DNA of 64,000 nt. Source: a virus. The stretch lies in IMG/VR virus record IMGVR_UViG_2925639251_000002. One strand, 5' to 3'. This document shows positions 9,871-19,962 of the stretch, piece by piece. The position numbers and the translations under genes are program-made. Below the pieces are notes generated by a model. That model had not been told where the DNA came from and made no database searches. It saw only the letters and a list, made by a program, of their open reading frames with translations. Numbering within the stretch: the stretch's first letter is position 1; each line of letters begins with the position of its first letter.

Positions 9871-10092
9871 ATGCAGCAGCAAACAGTTGAGGTTAAGGAA
9901 GTTGAAGTGTTACTCAGAGGAATATGGAAAAAGAAAAAGTTCACTGACATTCAAAAGGGGCAAACCTTTAAGATTGAGGAGAACGGGAGAACAAAGAAAT
10001 ACATAGCGAGAACAGATCCTTATTGGGATGACATGTATGAGACTTACATTATTGATTTGTTGGATAAAAATAAAATTAGAAGATCTATATAA
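9871..10092 (+). CDS. yoqX: Phage protein YoqX-like
   Basis: 73 aa from ATG 9871 with AGGAGG; synteny after yoqW. Confidence 0.65.
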   Translation: MQQQTVEVKEVEVLLRGIWKKKKFTDIQKGQTFKIEENGRTKKYIARTDPYWDDMYETYIIDLLDKNKIRRSI

Positions 10093-10142
10093 ACAGAGAT
10101 TTTATAAAGAAAAAATAAAAAAAATAAAATGGAGGCTGTACA

Positions 10143-10595
10143 ATGAGGGAAATTAAGTTTCGAGGAATGGGCATCAACGGAGAATGGTATTACGGCAATC
10201 TATCAATCATTAAGCAAAGAATCAAGAGCATGGGTATTGATCCTGGTTCTTATATCTCTAATAAAGCTGGGGTTCCATTTGCTTACAGTGTCAGGCCGGA
10301 AACAGTTGGGCAATACACCGGATTGAAGGACAAGAACGGTCTTGAGATTTACGAGGGGGATATTTTAAAAAGAACAGTCACGGTTGTCATGTATGGTTCA
10401 GGCAAACCACCTGAAGATATTGATGAATACATGAAAGTTGATTATCGAGAAGATTATGCGGGCTTCTATATCGGAGAAAGGCCACTGTTTGCTTATGTGG
10501 ACAATACTCGTGATGTCGATACTGGCTGCAGATGCACCAAAGCAGAAGTTATCGGCACCATTTACGAAGATCATAAGCTTATAGAGTCTAAATAA
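10143..10595 (+). CDS. YopX-family protein (second copy)
   Basis: MREIKFRG...ETVGQYTGLKDKNGLEIYEGDI...EVIGTIYE. Confidence 0.88.
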   Translation: MREIKFRGMGINGEWYYGNLSIIKQRIKSMGIDPGSYISNKAGVPFAYSVRPETVGQYTGLKDKNGLEIYEGDILKRTVTVVMYGSGKPPEDIDEYMKVDYREDYAGFYIGERPLFAYVDNTRDVDTGCRCTKAEVIGTIYEDHKLIESK

Positions 10596-10892
10596 AAACG
10601 ATACTTTATCGAGACAGGGGAATGTTTGTTTTTTAGTTATGTTGCTGAATAAGCATGTTAATAGGCAGTTAAAGCACATACAATGTCTGTTGATACAATG
10701 AGAATGAGTCTGAAAATAAAAAGCAGATACAGCAATACACAAACTATAATTAATGCTTTTATTGAATGGGTTGATTATATGAGTGGACAATTATGACAGA
10801 TTAGTTAAAAAGTATTATTTTATAGTTTAAATGGATATATATGGGGTAATAGCCGAATGTACACAAAATTTTATATTTGGAGGAGGATTACC

Positions 10893-11414
10893 ATGAACTC
10901 TACGATTTGTAAGGTTGGTATTGTTGGAATGTTGTCCATTGGCGGGTTGCTTTCTCCTTTTGCGGCTGGGGCGGAAGCTAAAGATGAAGCTAGAAACAAC
11001 CAAACAACTACATTAAGTGTTAATCAACCAGTTAATGTACTTAAAACAGCATCAGTGCTTAACAGTCAAAACAGTAAACCAACTGCTGATGACTGGGAAT
11101 CAGCTGGAACCGAATATGGAAGTACAAAGTTTGAAAAATATTCTTTAGCTGCAGTTGTTCAGACACTAGGATTTGCATTAAACCTTCCTTCAGGGGGATG
11201 GTCATCTTACTTAGCGGGTTTAGCAAATATGGTTATTTTAGGCGAATATCCTGTTGTTTATTTTAAAGATCGTAAAGAGTTTAAAATGGCCGGAGCGACA
11301 CTAATGACACGCCACAATGTTACAATTTATGAAGACAAAGATCGCAAGAAGAAAATTGGCTCAGATAGCTTTATCATTACAGATAGAGGTGGCCCAAAAG
11401 CTGCTGATAAATGA
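10893..11414 (+). CDS. Secreted protein of unknown function
   Basis: Sec signal peptide ending AEA; glycine-rich hydrophobic middle segment. Confidence 0.75.
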   Translation: MNSTICKVGIVGMLSIGGLLSPFAAGAEAKDEARNNQTTTLSVNQPVNVLKTASVLNSQNSKPTADDWESAGTEYGSTKFEKYSLAAVVQTLGFALNLPSGGWSSYLAGLANMVILGEYPVVYFKDRKEFKMAGATLMTRHNVTIYEDKDRKKKIGSDSFIITDRGGPKAADK

Positions 11415-11452
11415 GATAAACAAAAAATCCTCCCTTTCTGGGAGGATTAATA

Positions 11453-11686
11453 TTACATATTGACTAAAGTGTAAGTCAATGAAACGATGAATAAAAAATA
11501 AGAAGTATAAGAAATTGCTTTTGAAGAGCTTGTTTTATGTCTTTGGAATGTATAGATAAGTGCAAAACCAAGGAAGAAAAGTGTTACAAACCAAGAAGTG
11601 TATTGTGGAAAGATAGCAACCAGCAAAACCATGATTGTTGAAAAAACAAATGAAGAGTAATGAGTAACTTTATGTTCATTATTCAA
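11453..11686 (-). CDS. Small membrane protein, convergent with the secreted protein
   Basis: TTG start after GGAGGTGA; 77 aa; about three hydrophobic helices; shared hairpin at ~11423-11448. Confidence 0.7.
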   Translation of the reverse strand: MNNEHKVTHYSSFVFSTIMVLLVAIFPQYTSWFVTLFFLGFALIYTFQRHKTSSSKAISYTSYFLFIVSLTYTLVNM

Positions 11687-11758
11687 AGAAATCACCTCCA
11701 CAGATTTTTACCCAATTCAGTGTGTGTTAAAACATTATACAAAAAGGAGATTGGAAAA

Positions 11759-12139
11759 ATGCCAAACATAATTTCTAAAGAGCAAGATGAAGCAATTAAA
11801 TACTTTAGAAATAAATTGAATTTATCAGACAAAGACTTATACATACCATTGATTAATTTTGAACTACTTAGAGACAAGAACGAACAATATGCGAACATTC
11901 TTTATGAGCTGTATAAAAATGATCCTTATTTGTTTATTAGAGCTTTAAAGGAAGGTTATGTGGTTAATCAGCCTATTGAATTTGATGAGGCCATTGTACG
12001 TTTCTTTAATGGAGAAGAACTGGCTATTGTACATAAAACAACCGGTAAGAGATTTAATGTTAGTGTGAAAATGAAGCATCTGCCTGATGGCTTTTCATTG
12101 CAAACAATGGATATGTGGTTTTGGAGTGAAATTGTATAA
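11759..12139 (+). CDS. yorC: Phage protein YorC-like
   Basis: 126 aa MPNIISKEQDEAIKYF..., synteny. Confidence 0.7.
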   Translation: MPNIISKEQDEAIKYFRNKLNLSDKDLYIPLINFELLRDKNEQYANILYELYKNDPYLFIRALKEGYVVNQPIEFDEAIVRFFNGEELAIVHKTTGKRFNVSVKMKHLPDGFSLQTMDMWFWSEIV

Positions 12140-12196
12140 TTGGCTAAATGATCCTCTGAAAGCTGTCGATAGGAATATAGAGGTGAAATAAAATAC

Positions 12197-12493
12197 ATGA
12201 GAATACTTTTAAGCTTATTATCACTCACATTAGGCATTCTGATACTGGGGGCTGGGTTTAGGTCAGGACTTTCTCCTTTCAGTATCGCTTTTGGATTATT
12301 AATGTTAGTTGGTGGAATCTTTTCAATCATCAGCCCAAAAATTTCAACAATCATCTATGGAATTTTACTATTTCTTTCGCTGCCATTGATATTCCTGAAT
12401 GTTATTCTGTTTGCTTTTGTTTTTATTTTGTTTGCGTTATTGTTTATGTTCTCAATTTTATCTAATAATAAAAAAGCCAAAAAGAAAGCATGA
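12197..12493 (+). CDS. Membrane protein
   Basis: 98 aa, highly hydrophobic with basic tail. Confidence 0.65.
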   Translation: MRILLSLLSLTLGILILGAGFRSGLSPFSIAFGLLMLVGGIFSIISPKISTIIYGILLFLSLPLIFLNVILFAFVFILFALLFMFSILSNNKKAKKKA

Positions 12494-12603
12494 AATTAGG
12501 GTGCTTTCTTTATAGCTTATCCATATAAAATGATAATTTTATTCGAATTAGAAAGATCGCAATGAAATACAAAAATAAAAAATATAAAAGTTTATAAAAC
12601 ATG

Positions 12604-12632
12604 TAGACAAAGATAAAAAATATGTATATAAT
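12604..12632 (+). promoter_or_regulatory. Early sigma-A-type promoter, SPBRE-like (TAGACA-N17-TATAAT with AAAATATGTAT)
   Basis: Near-identical elements at 28480-28508 and 42727-42758. Confidence 0.75.
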
Positions 12633-12664
12633 AAAATTAAGTTAAAGGGAAGGAGGCGAATTAC

Positions 12665-13036
12665 TTGGAGGTACTTGGGATAACAGAGAAGGCATTAAGC
12701 TATTACAGAGAAAACGTTAAAGGCAACAAGACAATTACTCCTGATCAAGCACTGTTAAAGATGATAAGGAATGTCTCACTTGTCAAAGAAACTCATCCTG
12801 AGCGAGTTAAAAAACGTTTATTCTTCACAGAGTATGCTTACGGAAACATGACAATCAAAGTTAACAGAAAAAAGCAGGTATTTGAAATTGTAAATAAGTC
12901 AGGATGCTTTTCTGACCAAAATGATTGGAAGTTCCCAAAAAGAAGGTACATAGAGCTTAGTAAAGAACTTGGAATCAAAGACTGCAAGTTTAGCAAAATT
13001 ACATATTCAAAGAAAAATCACAATAGACAAAAATAA
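12665..13036 (+). CDS. yorE: Phage protein YorE-like
   Basis: 123 aa, synteny. Confidence 0.7.
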   Translation: MEVLGITEKALSYYRENVKGNKTITPDQALLKMIRNVSLVKETHPERVKKRLFFTEYAYGNMTIKVNRKKQVFEIVNKSGCFSDQNDWKFPKRRYIELSKELGIKDCKFSKITYSKKNHNRQK

Positions 13037-13045
13037 AAATAGAGG

Positions 13046-13972
13046 ATGATTAAAAATATGACAGAAAACAAAACGGTATTACGTGAAGCATCAAACGTTG
13101 TAACACTTGAAGGAACTCTGGCAGAAGTAAGACACACTGAGTGGAAAAATGGAAATGGACTAAATATTGAATTAGATATTGAGGTTGCACCTAACGAAGT
13201 GCATACAGTTAAAGGCTTTTCAAAATATAAGAAAGCTGATGGTACAGATAATGCTATTGCAAAAGGGTATCAAACTATTATAAGTGACTATAAGTCCATT
13301 GCAGAACATGGGAGAGATCAAGCTGATAAAGTGAGAATCACCCAAGGGAAGATTGGATTAAATGAATATTACTCTCAAGGGATTTTAAAGGCGTATCCAC
13401 AGTTAACTACCAACTTTGTAAACAGACTCGATGCTAATGAAGAATTTAATCCTAAAGCTGAATTTGATGTTGAACTGTTTGTTAAAAATGTAACCGAAGA
13501 AAAAGTAAAAGGAGAAGAAACAGGAAGAGTTAATTTAAATGGTTATATCCCTTTGTATGGCGGGAAAGTCATTCCTTTTACATTTGTAGTGACTAAAGAA
13601 GGCTCTCAATATGTTGAAAACAATTATGAAAAAGGATCTACGGTAAATGTCTTCGGAAAGATTATTAATTATAAAGAACAAAAAGTAACAACCAAAACTG
13701 CTGCATTTGGAGAAGACAAAAAAGAAATCACCTCCATTACAAAAAGAGAGTATCTAGTTACAGGGGGGAACGATCCTTATGATGAAGATAGTAAAAATGC
13801 TTTTAATCCAGAAGTAATTAAAAAAGCATTGACTGAAAGAGAGACTTATCTAGAAGGACTTAAGAACGAAAGCAGCAATGAAAATAATAAAAAGTCTGGC
13901 TTTGGTGGAAGTGCTCCTAATAACAAGCCTTCAAAGCCGGTTGAAATTTCAGATGATGATCTCCCTTTCTAA
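13046..13972 (+). CDS. yorF: Putative single-stranded DNA-binding protein
   Basis: Acidic C-terminal DDDLPF tail; position in the replication cluster. Confidence 0.75.
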   Translation: MIKNMTENKTVLREASNVVTLEGTLAEVRHTEWKNGNGLNIELDIEVAPNEVHTVKGFSKYKKADGTDNAIAKGYQTIISDYKSIAEHGRDQADKVRITQGKIGLNEYYSQGILKAYPQLTTNFVNRLDANEEFNPKAEFDVELFVKNVTEEKVKGEETGRVNLNGYIPLYGGKVIPFTFVVTKEGSQYVENNYEKGSTVNVFGKIINYKEQKVTTKTAAFGEDKKEITSITKREYLVTGGNDPYDEDSKNAFNPEVIKKALTERETYLEGLKNESSNENNKKSGFGGSAPNNKPSKPVEISDDDLPF

Positions 13973-14054
13973 AATAAAATAGATCATTAATCTAATACAT
14001 ACCTGGGGTGAGCTCCGACTCACCCAACAAATTCAAAATAAAAGGAGAACTTAA

Positions 14055-15026
14055 ATGGCAATTGATATTTTCAACCCACAAGTTTCTGTAGTAGCAAAAG
14101 GATTAGAAGGAAAAGTTATCACAATCTACGGTTCTAACAACTTAGGTAAAACTAAGCAAAGCACTCGGATGAAGAAACCGTTATATCTGCCATTCGAAAA
14201 AGGATTAAATGCCATTGCCGGTGTCCAATTCATGCCTATCAATAGTTGGGCTGATTTTAAAAAGGTAAACAAGCAGTTAACCAAAAATGCTGAAAAAGCC
14301 AAAGAAATGTATCAGACAATCATTGTTGATGAAGTAGACGCTTTTGCTAAATATGCGACTAGATATGTATGCGAGCAATATGATGTAGAACGGATTAAAG
14401 ATGGTAATGATGGGTTTGGCCTTTGGAAAGAGTATGAAACTGAAGTATGGGAAGAAATCAATAAATTAATTGGCGTAGGATTTACGGTTATCTTTATTGC
14501 TCATGCTGCTGAAGACAAAAAAGGCAAAGTATATCCGAAGGGGGATAAACGAGTTTTAGCTCCAGTAATTGATAACAGCGATATTGTTCTTTATCTAAGT
14601 TCTAATGGTGTTGATGAAGATAGAAAAGTAATCAAATCAAGTGCTTGGTTAGCTGAAACTGAAGAGCATTTTGCTCGTAGCCGATTTGATTACATTGACA
14701 CATACCTTCCTGAATTTACTGCAGAAAACTTAGAAAAAGCAATTATTGAGGCAGTCGAAAGACAGGAGCAAGCAGAAGGAATTGTCGCTGTTACATACGA
14801 AGAGCAAAAACAAAACAACGCTTCAGAAGAACTTGATTTCAACTCATTAATGGATCAAATTAAAGAAATTGGCATGAAGCTTAATGAAGAAGGCCGTTTA
14901 GAAGAAGTTAATGAGATTACAGAGAAACATTTAGGTAAGGGTGTAAAAGTTACTGAGTGCAGCCGTAAGCAAGTAGGTGTCATGTCTGTAATTCTAGATG
15001 ATCTAAAAGACCTTCTAGCAGAATAA
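14055..15026 (+). CDS. yorG: AAA/Sak4-like ATPase (putative recombinase)
   Basis: Walker A-like GSNNLGKT, Walker B IIVDE; 323 aa. Confidence 0.8.
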   Translation: MAIDIFNPQVSVVAKGLEGKVITIYGSNNLGKTKQSTRMKKPLYLPFEKGLNAIAGVQFMPINSWADFKKVNKQLTKNAEKAKEMYQTIIVDEVDAFAKYATRYVCEQYDVERIKDGNDGFGLWKEYETEVWEEINKLIGVGFTVIFIAHAAEDKKGKVYPKGDKRVLAPVIDNSDIVLYLSSNGVDEDRKVIKSSAWLAETEEHFARSRFDYIDTYLPEFTAENLEKAIIEAVERQEQAEGIVAVTYEEQKQNNASEELDFNSLMDQIKEIGMKLNEEGRLEEVNEITEKHLGKGVKVTECSRKQVGVMSVILDDLKDLLAE

Positions 15027-15068
15027 AAGAGGAGGGATTATTCTCTCCTCCTTATTAGGAGTGATTAT

Positions 15069-15539
15069 TTGGGGAGACAAGTTAAATGTCCTTATTGCGA
15101 GACCAAGTTAGACAAAGACTCAGCAATTCCTTATAAAAAAAGATATTACCATGAAAAGTGTTTTAATACATGGAAGCAAGAATCAGATCACAGAAAAGAG
15201 TTAATTCAATACATATGCAATCTATATGGTCTTACATCTCCAACTGGCATGATGTTGAAACAAATTAAAGAGTATCAAGAGGAATATGGGTATAAGCTTA
15301 AAGGCATTGAGCTAGCACTTAGGTACTTTTATGAAACTTTGGATAATCAACCCAGAGAAGGAGATGGCATTGGAATCGTTCCATTTGTTTATGATGAAGC
15401 AAAGCGGCATTACATTAGACAAAAAGCCATTCGAAAATCAGCTGAAGACCCAAAGAATCATAAAAGAGAAGAAATTACGTTAGTCATAAAAAAAGGAATG
15501 AGAAAGAAAAGAGGGCTAGTTGATATCTCAACGCTATAG
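15069..15539 (+). CDS. yorH: Zn-binding replication protein
   Basis: CPYC...HEKC; 156 aa, synteny. Confidence 0.7.
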   Translation: MGRQVKCPYCETKLDKDSAIPYKKRYYHEKCFNTWKQESDHRKELIQYICNLYGLTSPTGMMLKQIKEYQEEYGYKLKGIELALRYFYETLDNQPREGDGIGIVPFVYDEAKRHYIRQKAIRKSAEDPKNHKREEITLVIKKGMRKKRGLVDISTL

Positions 15540-15553
15540 GAAGGAGAGTCCAT

Positions 15554-17068
15554 TTGCTACAAGACAAACAGGCAATAATTCAAGTTTTAGGGAGCATTTT
15601 AAAAGATCCCACAATCTTGTCAGAGAGCAATAAATATAAGATAACTTCGGATGATTTTCCTTCAAGGTTTCATTCAATATTATTTTTTGCCATGAGCAAC
15701 CTATTTCATCAAGGAACTGAAGTATTGAATGACGTTGAAATAGATGGATATCTAAAGGATTACGATATTCAATATAAAATTTTCCATGATAATAAGGGTC
15801 TTGAATATATAGAAAAAATACAAGAGTTGGCAGTTGTCGAAAATTTTGATTACCACTATAAAAGATTAAAAAAGTTTAGTCTGCTTAGAGAAATGGATGG
15901 CTTGGGATTCGATATTAAGGAAATATATGATGAATCTCTGATTGACCCAAAAGAACAAGAAAAGATGCAAGAACAGTTTGATAAGAAGTCGATTGATGAA
16001 ATTTTGACAGCTTATGAAATGAAGATTGTAAACATAAAAGAAAAATTCAGAACTTCATCTGAAAGTGTGGGAATCCAGGGTGGAGAAGGTATTAATGAAT
16101 TATTGGATTCATTCGAAGAGTCGCCGGATATTGGAGTTCCATTAAATAGCGAAATGCTTACTTCAATTTTTCGGGGATCACGGAAGAAAAAGTTCTATCT
16201 GCGCTCAAGTATTACAGGTGGCGGTAAAACAAGAAACATGGTCGCTGACGCTTGTCGCTTAAGTGCAACCGAACTTTATGATCCTAAAAAGAAGGAATGG
16301 GTATCAAACCCATGGAGTGAAAGTTCTACGGTTATTTCAACAGAAATGATGGCCGAAGAATTGCAAAGCTTAGCACTTGCCTACATTAGTGGTGTAGAAG
16401 AGAAAAAAATCCTTAGAAACACAATCAATGAACAAGAAAAACAACTTGTGCGTAAGGCTGCTAAAGTTCTTCAAGAGTCTAACATATGGTTCGAACATCT
16501 GCCTGATTTTAATATTCAGGAGATTGAAAGAACAATTGAAAAGAACGTCATTAAAAACAATGTAGAGTACGTTTATTTCGATTATATTCACTCATCAGTA
16601 ACCATTTTTTCAGAGATGAGCAAAAAAAGTGGGGTCAACTTGAGGGAAGACCAAATTCTTTTACTTATGTCGGATAAGTTAAAGGGCTTATGTAACAAAT
16701 ACGATGTCTATATGATGAGTGCAACTCAGTTGAATGGTGATTGGAAAGAAGCATGGTTAAAAGGACAAGTAATAGATGCTTCTTACTTGAGAGGAAGTAA
16801 GGCCATTGCAGATAAAACAGATGCTGCAATGATAATTCTTCCTTTAAGTAAAAAAGAGAAGGATGCAATTGATCCAATCTTAAAAGAAGGATTTTATCCA
16901 GAGCCAAATTTTGTTACACATGTATTTAAAAATAGGGGAAATGAGTATGACAAAGTTAAAGTCTTTTCTCATATCAATATGGGCAACATGCGGATTAAGG
17001 ACTGTTTCACAACAAATCTTGACAATGAATTAATCACAGTTGAGAAATTGAATATAAAAGCAGGATGA
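15554..17068 (+). CDS. yorI: DnaB-like replicative helicase
   Basis: Walker A TGGGKT, VYFDYI, ATQLN, DKTD motifs. Confidence 0.88.
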   Translation: MLQDKQAIIQVLGSILKDPTILSESNKYKITSDDFPSRFHSILFFAMSNLFHQGTEVLNDVEIDGYLKDYDIQYKIFHDNKGLEYIEKIQELAVVENFDYHYKRLKKFSLLREMDGLGFDIKEIYDESLIDPKEQEKMQEQFDKKSIDEILTAYEMKIVNIKEKFRTSSESVGIQGGEGINELLDSFEESPDIGVPLNSEMLTSIFRGSRKKKFYLRSSITGGGKTRNMVADACRLSATELYDPKKKEWVSNPWSESSTVISTEMMAEELQSLALAYISGVEEKKILRNTINEQEKQLVRKAAKVLQESNIWFEHLPDFNIQEIERTIEKNVIKNNVEYVYFDYIHSSVTIFSEMSKKSGVNLREDQILLLMSDKLKGLCNKYDVYMMSATQLNGDWKEAWLKGQVIDASYLRGSKAIADKTDAAMIILPLSKKEKDAIDPILKEGFYPEPNFVTHVFKNRGNEYDKVKVFSHINMGNMRIKDCFTTNLDNELITVEKLNIKAG

Positions 17069-17083
17069 GGGGTGTAGCGCCCT

Positions 17084-18220
17084 TTGAAGTATGATAAAGA
17101 CAGAGTAAAAGAAAGCCTGACCATTGAGGATATACATAAGATTTTAAAAGACTTAGGTAGCGAGAACAATCAGTGGGATCAACAAGGAAATCCGATTTAC
17201 AGAACTGTTTGTCACAATGCTTCTGGTGGGAGCTATAAGCTGTATTACTATCATGAAGCAAAACAGTTTCACTGTTATACAGAGTGTGGAGATAATTTTG
17301 ATGTATTTGAACTTGTTATAAGAGCAAAAAGTCAAAAAGGTATTAATATCTCTTTTAATCAGGCTATCGAATATGTTGCCAAAATAGCAGGAAGAACATT
17401 TGGATTTGGGAATAGAGAGACATACATAAACAATGATTTGATTGATGACTGGGAATGGATGGGGAAGTTCAAAAAGAAGAAAAAAATACATATTGAGCTC
17501 CCCAGCTTTAATGAAACGGTTCTAGATGTATTTGTGCCTTATCCTCACCAATTGTGGCTAGGTGAGGGAATAAGTCACAAGACATTAAAAGAGTTTGAGA
17601 TTGGGTACTATTTTAGACCTCATACAGAAGGGATTACCATTCCTCATCGAGATTTAAATAATAGGTTGATTGGTATACGTAGGCGCTCAATGATTAAAGA
17701 AGAAGTAGATGCAGGCTATAAATATATGCCTTTAAAAGTTGGCAATACCTTATATAACCATCAAACAATGATGAATCTATATGGATTACATAAAACAAAA
17801 AATTCGATAGAAAGGTTCAAGAAAGTATTGATTTTCGAATCAGAAAAATCAGTATTAAAATGCCAAGATTTTTACGGTGAATCAAACTTTACCTGTGCTG
17901 TTTGTTCAAGTAATATATCTAATTTTCACCGGGACATTTTATTGTCTCTTGGTGTTGAAGAAGTTTTTATTGCTCTTGATAAATACCGACCACCAAAAGA
18001 ACATGAAACAGAGGAGAAATATCAAGAAAAATTGGTTGAATATCAGAAGAAAATTCTAAAGCTCGCAGCAAAATTTACTCCTTATGTTCGTGTGTATGTT
18101 TTGTGGGATTATGAAGGCTTACTGGATTATAAGGACAGCCCAGCTGACAAGGGAAAGGAAACTCTAGAGGAGCTAATGAGAAGGAAAATTGAGATTGGCA
18201 CAGATGAAGGGGGAATTTAA
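17084..18220 (+). CDS. yorJ: DNA primase
   Basis: Zn finger CH...HCYTEC; TOPRIM FESEK...ALD. Confidence 0.85.
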   Translation: MKYDKDRVKESLTIEDIHKILKDLGSENNQWDQQGNPIYRTVCHNASGGSYKLYYYHEAKQFHCYTECGDNFDVFELVIRAKSQKGINISFNQAIEYVAKIAGRTFGFGNRETYINNDLIDDWEWMGKFKKKKKIHIELPSFNETVLDVFVPYPHQLWLGEGISHKTLKEFEIGYYFRPHTEGITIPHRDLNNRLIGIRRRSMIKEEVDAGYKYMPLKVGNTLYNHQTMMNLYGLHKTKNSIERFKKVLIFESEKSVLKCQDFYGESNFTCAVCSSNISNFHRDILLSLGVEEVFIALDKYRPPKEHETEEKYQEKLVEYQKKILKLAAKFTPYVRVYVLWDYEGLLDYKDSPADKGKETLEELMRRKIEIGTDEGGI

Positions 18221-19950
18221 TGGAGTATAGACTAATTGGCGACAATGATTATAATTTCGATCCTTTAGCTACTATCTTAAAAAATAGAGGCATAGAAGAT
18301 CCAAAGTTGTTTGTTAATGTTGATCAAAGTTCAGTTATTCATTATTCAAAGCTAAATAATATTGATAAAGCTGCAGATTGTCTTATTAAGCATTTAAATA
18401 ATAAAAATAAATTGTTTGTTCAGGTAGACAGTGATGTTGATGGATACACATCCAGCTCAATCATTATAAACTACATAAAGAAGATTTGTCCGAAAGCTAA
18501 TATACATTACAGAATTCAAGATGGGAAAGAGCATGGGATTTTTATTGATACAATTCCTGATGATGTTGACTTAGTCATAATCCCAGATGCAGGTTCAAGT
18601 CAATTTGACGAACATGAGGCTCTTAATAAGAGAGGCGCAGAAATAATTGTTATTGATCACCATGAATGTGAACGAGTGTCTGAACATGCGATCGTAGTAA
18701 ATAATCAACTGTCGCCTTATTATCCGAATAAAACTCTGACAGGTGCAGGAATGGCCTATAAATTTTGCCAGGCAGTTGATGAAAAGCTAAATAAAAATGA
18801 AGCTGAACAATTCTTAGACCTTGTATCTATTGGTAACATAGCAGATTCGGCTGATTCAAGAAACCTAGAAACCAGGTATTTTATGAATGAAGGTTTGAAG
18901 AAAATTAAGCATCCATTATTAAAGAAGCTATTTAAGAAGCAAGAGTTTTCAACCAAGGGTGACAAGAACATACAGAATACACAATTCTTTATTAACCCCT
19001 TAATTAATGCTGCCATTAGGGTTGGAAGCAGTGAAGAAAAAGATCAAATGATGAGAGCATTCCTCCTTTCTAAAGAAAAGGTACCCTACAAAAAACGTGG
19101 ACAAAGTGAAACTGAGCTTGTGTCAATACATGATGACACAGTTAGGATTCTAGGAAATCTAAAAGCAAAGCAGAAACGGATTGCAGATGCAGCTGGAGCT
19201 GAAATTAAAAATAGAATAGAGGAGAAAAGTTTAACAGCGAATAAAGTACTGATTGTTTACATTGAAGGAATTCTAGATAAAAGCCTAACTGGACTGGTGG
19301 CCAATCAGCTTGCAGAAGAATATAAAAAGCCGGTCTTGTTAGCCAGAAACGATCCCGAAAAAGGTAAAGATATCTTGAGTGGCTCTATACGAGGATATGA
19401 TAAAGGGTTTATAAAGGATTTTAAGAAAGAGCTTATAGATACTGGATTATTTGAGTTTGTTGAAGGTCACCCAAATGCAGCTGGCTTTGCAATTAAACGA
19501 CAGAACTTAATCCTGGTGAACAAAGTGCTTAATGAAAAATTTAAAGACAAGGATATCGAAGAAGATATTCAGAATGTTGATTTTGAAATACCAGCAAAAC
19601 GATTGAGAAAAGAATTTATCCTTCAACTTGATGGTTACAAAGACTATTGGGGTTACAAAGTTGAAGAACCATTAATAGCTATAACGGATCTTGAAATTGA
19701 TGTTGAACAAATTGAGCATTTAGGGAAAAAGAATAAGACAACTGTTAAATTTAAGCATGGCGATATTGAATACATAAGATTTAAAAGTGATGAGAATTAC
19801 TTTAATCAACTTACAGAAACAAATGGAACATTAATCATTAATGTAATTGGTAAAGCAAAGGCAAATGAATACAAAGGCAAGAAAACACCTCAAATCGAGA
19901 TTTATGAATTGGAGGTGGTTCGCACAAAACAAAAAGAACTTGTGTTTTAA
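18220..19950 (+). CDS. yorK: RecJ-like ssDNA exonuclease (DHH family)
   Basis: DSDVDG, IPDAG, IDHH, GHPNAAG. Confidence 0.9.
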   Translation: MEYRLIGDNDYNFDPLATILKNRGIEDPKLFVNVDQSSVIHYSKLNNIDKAADCLIKHLNNKNKLFVQVDSDVDGYTSSSIIINYIKKICPKANIHYRIQDGKEHGIFIDTIPDDVDLVIIPDAGSSQFDEHEALNKRGAEIIVIDHHECERVSEHAIVVNNQLSPYYPNKTLTGAGMAYKFCQAVDEKLNKNEAEQFLDLVSIGNIADSADSRNLETRYFMNEGLKKIKHPLLKKLFKKQEFSTKGDKNIQNTQFFINPLINAAIRVGSSEEKDQMMRAFLLSKEKVPYKKRGQSETELVSIHDDTVRILGNLKAKQKRIADAAGAEIKNRIEEKSLTANKVLIVYIEGILDKSLTGLVANQLAEEYKKPVLLARNDPEKGKDILSGSIRGYDKGFIKDFKKELIDTGLFEFVEGHPNAAGFAIKRQNLILVNKVLNEKFKDKDIEEDIQNVDFEIPAKRLRKEFILQLDGYKDYWGYKVEEPLIAITDLEIDVEQIEHLGKKNKTTVKFKHGDIEYIRFKSDENYFNQLTETNGTLIINVIGKAKANEYKGKKTPQIEIYELEVVRTKQKELVF

Positions 19951-19962
19951 GGGGGAAGAAAG

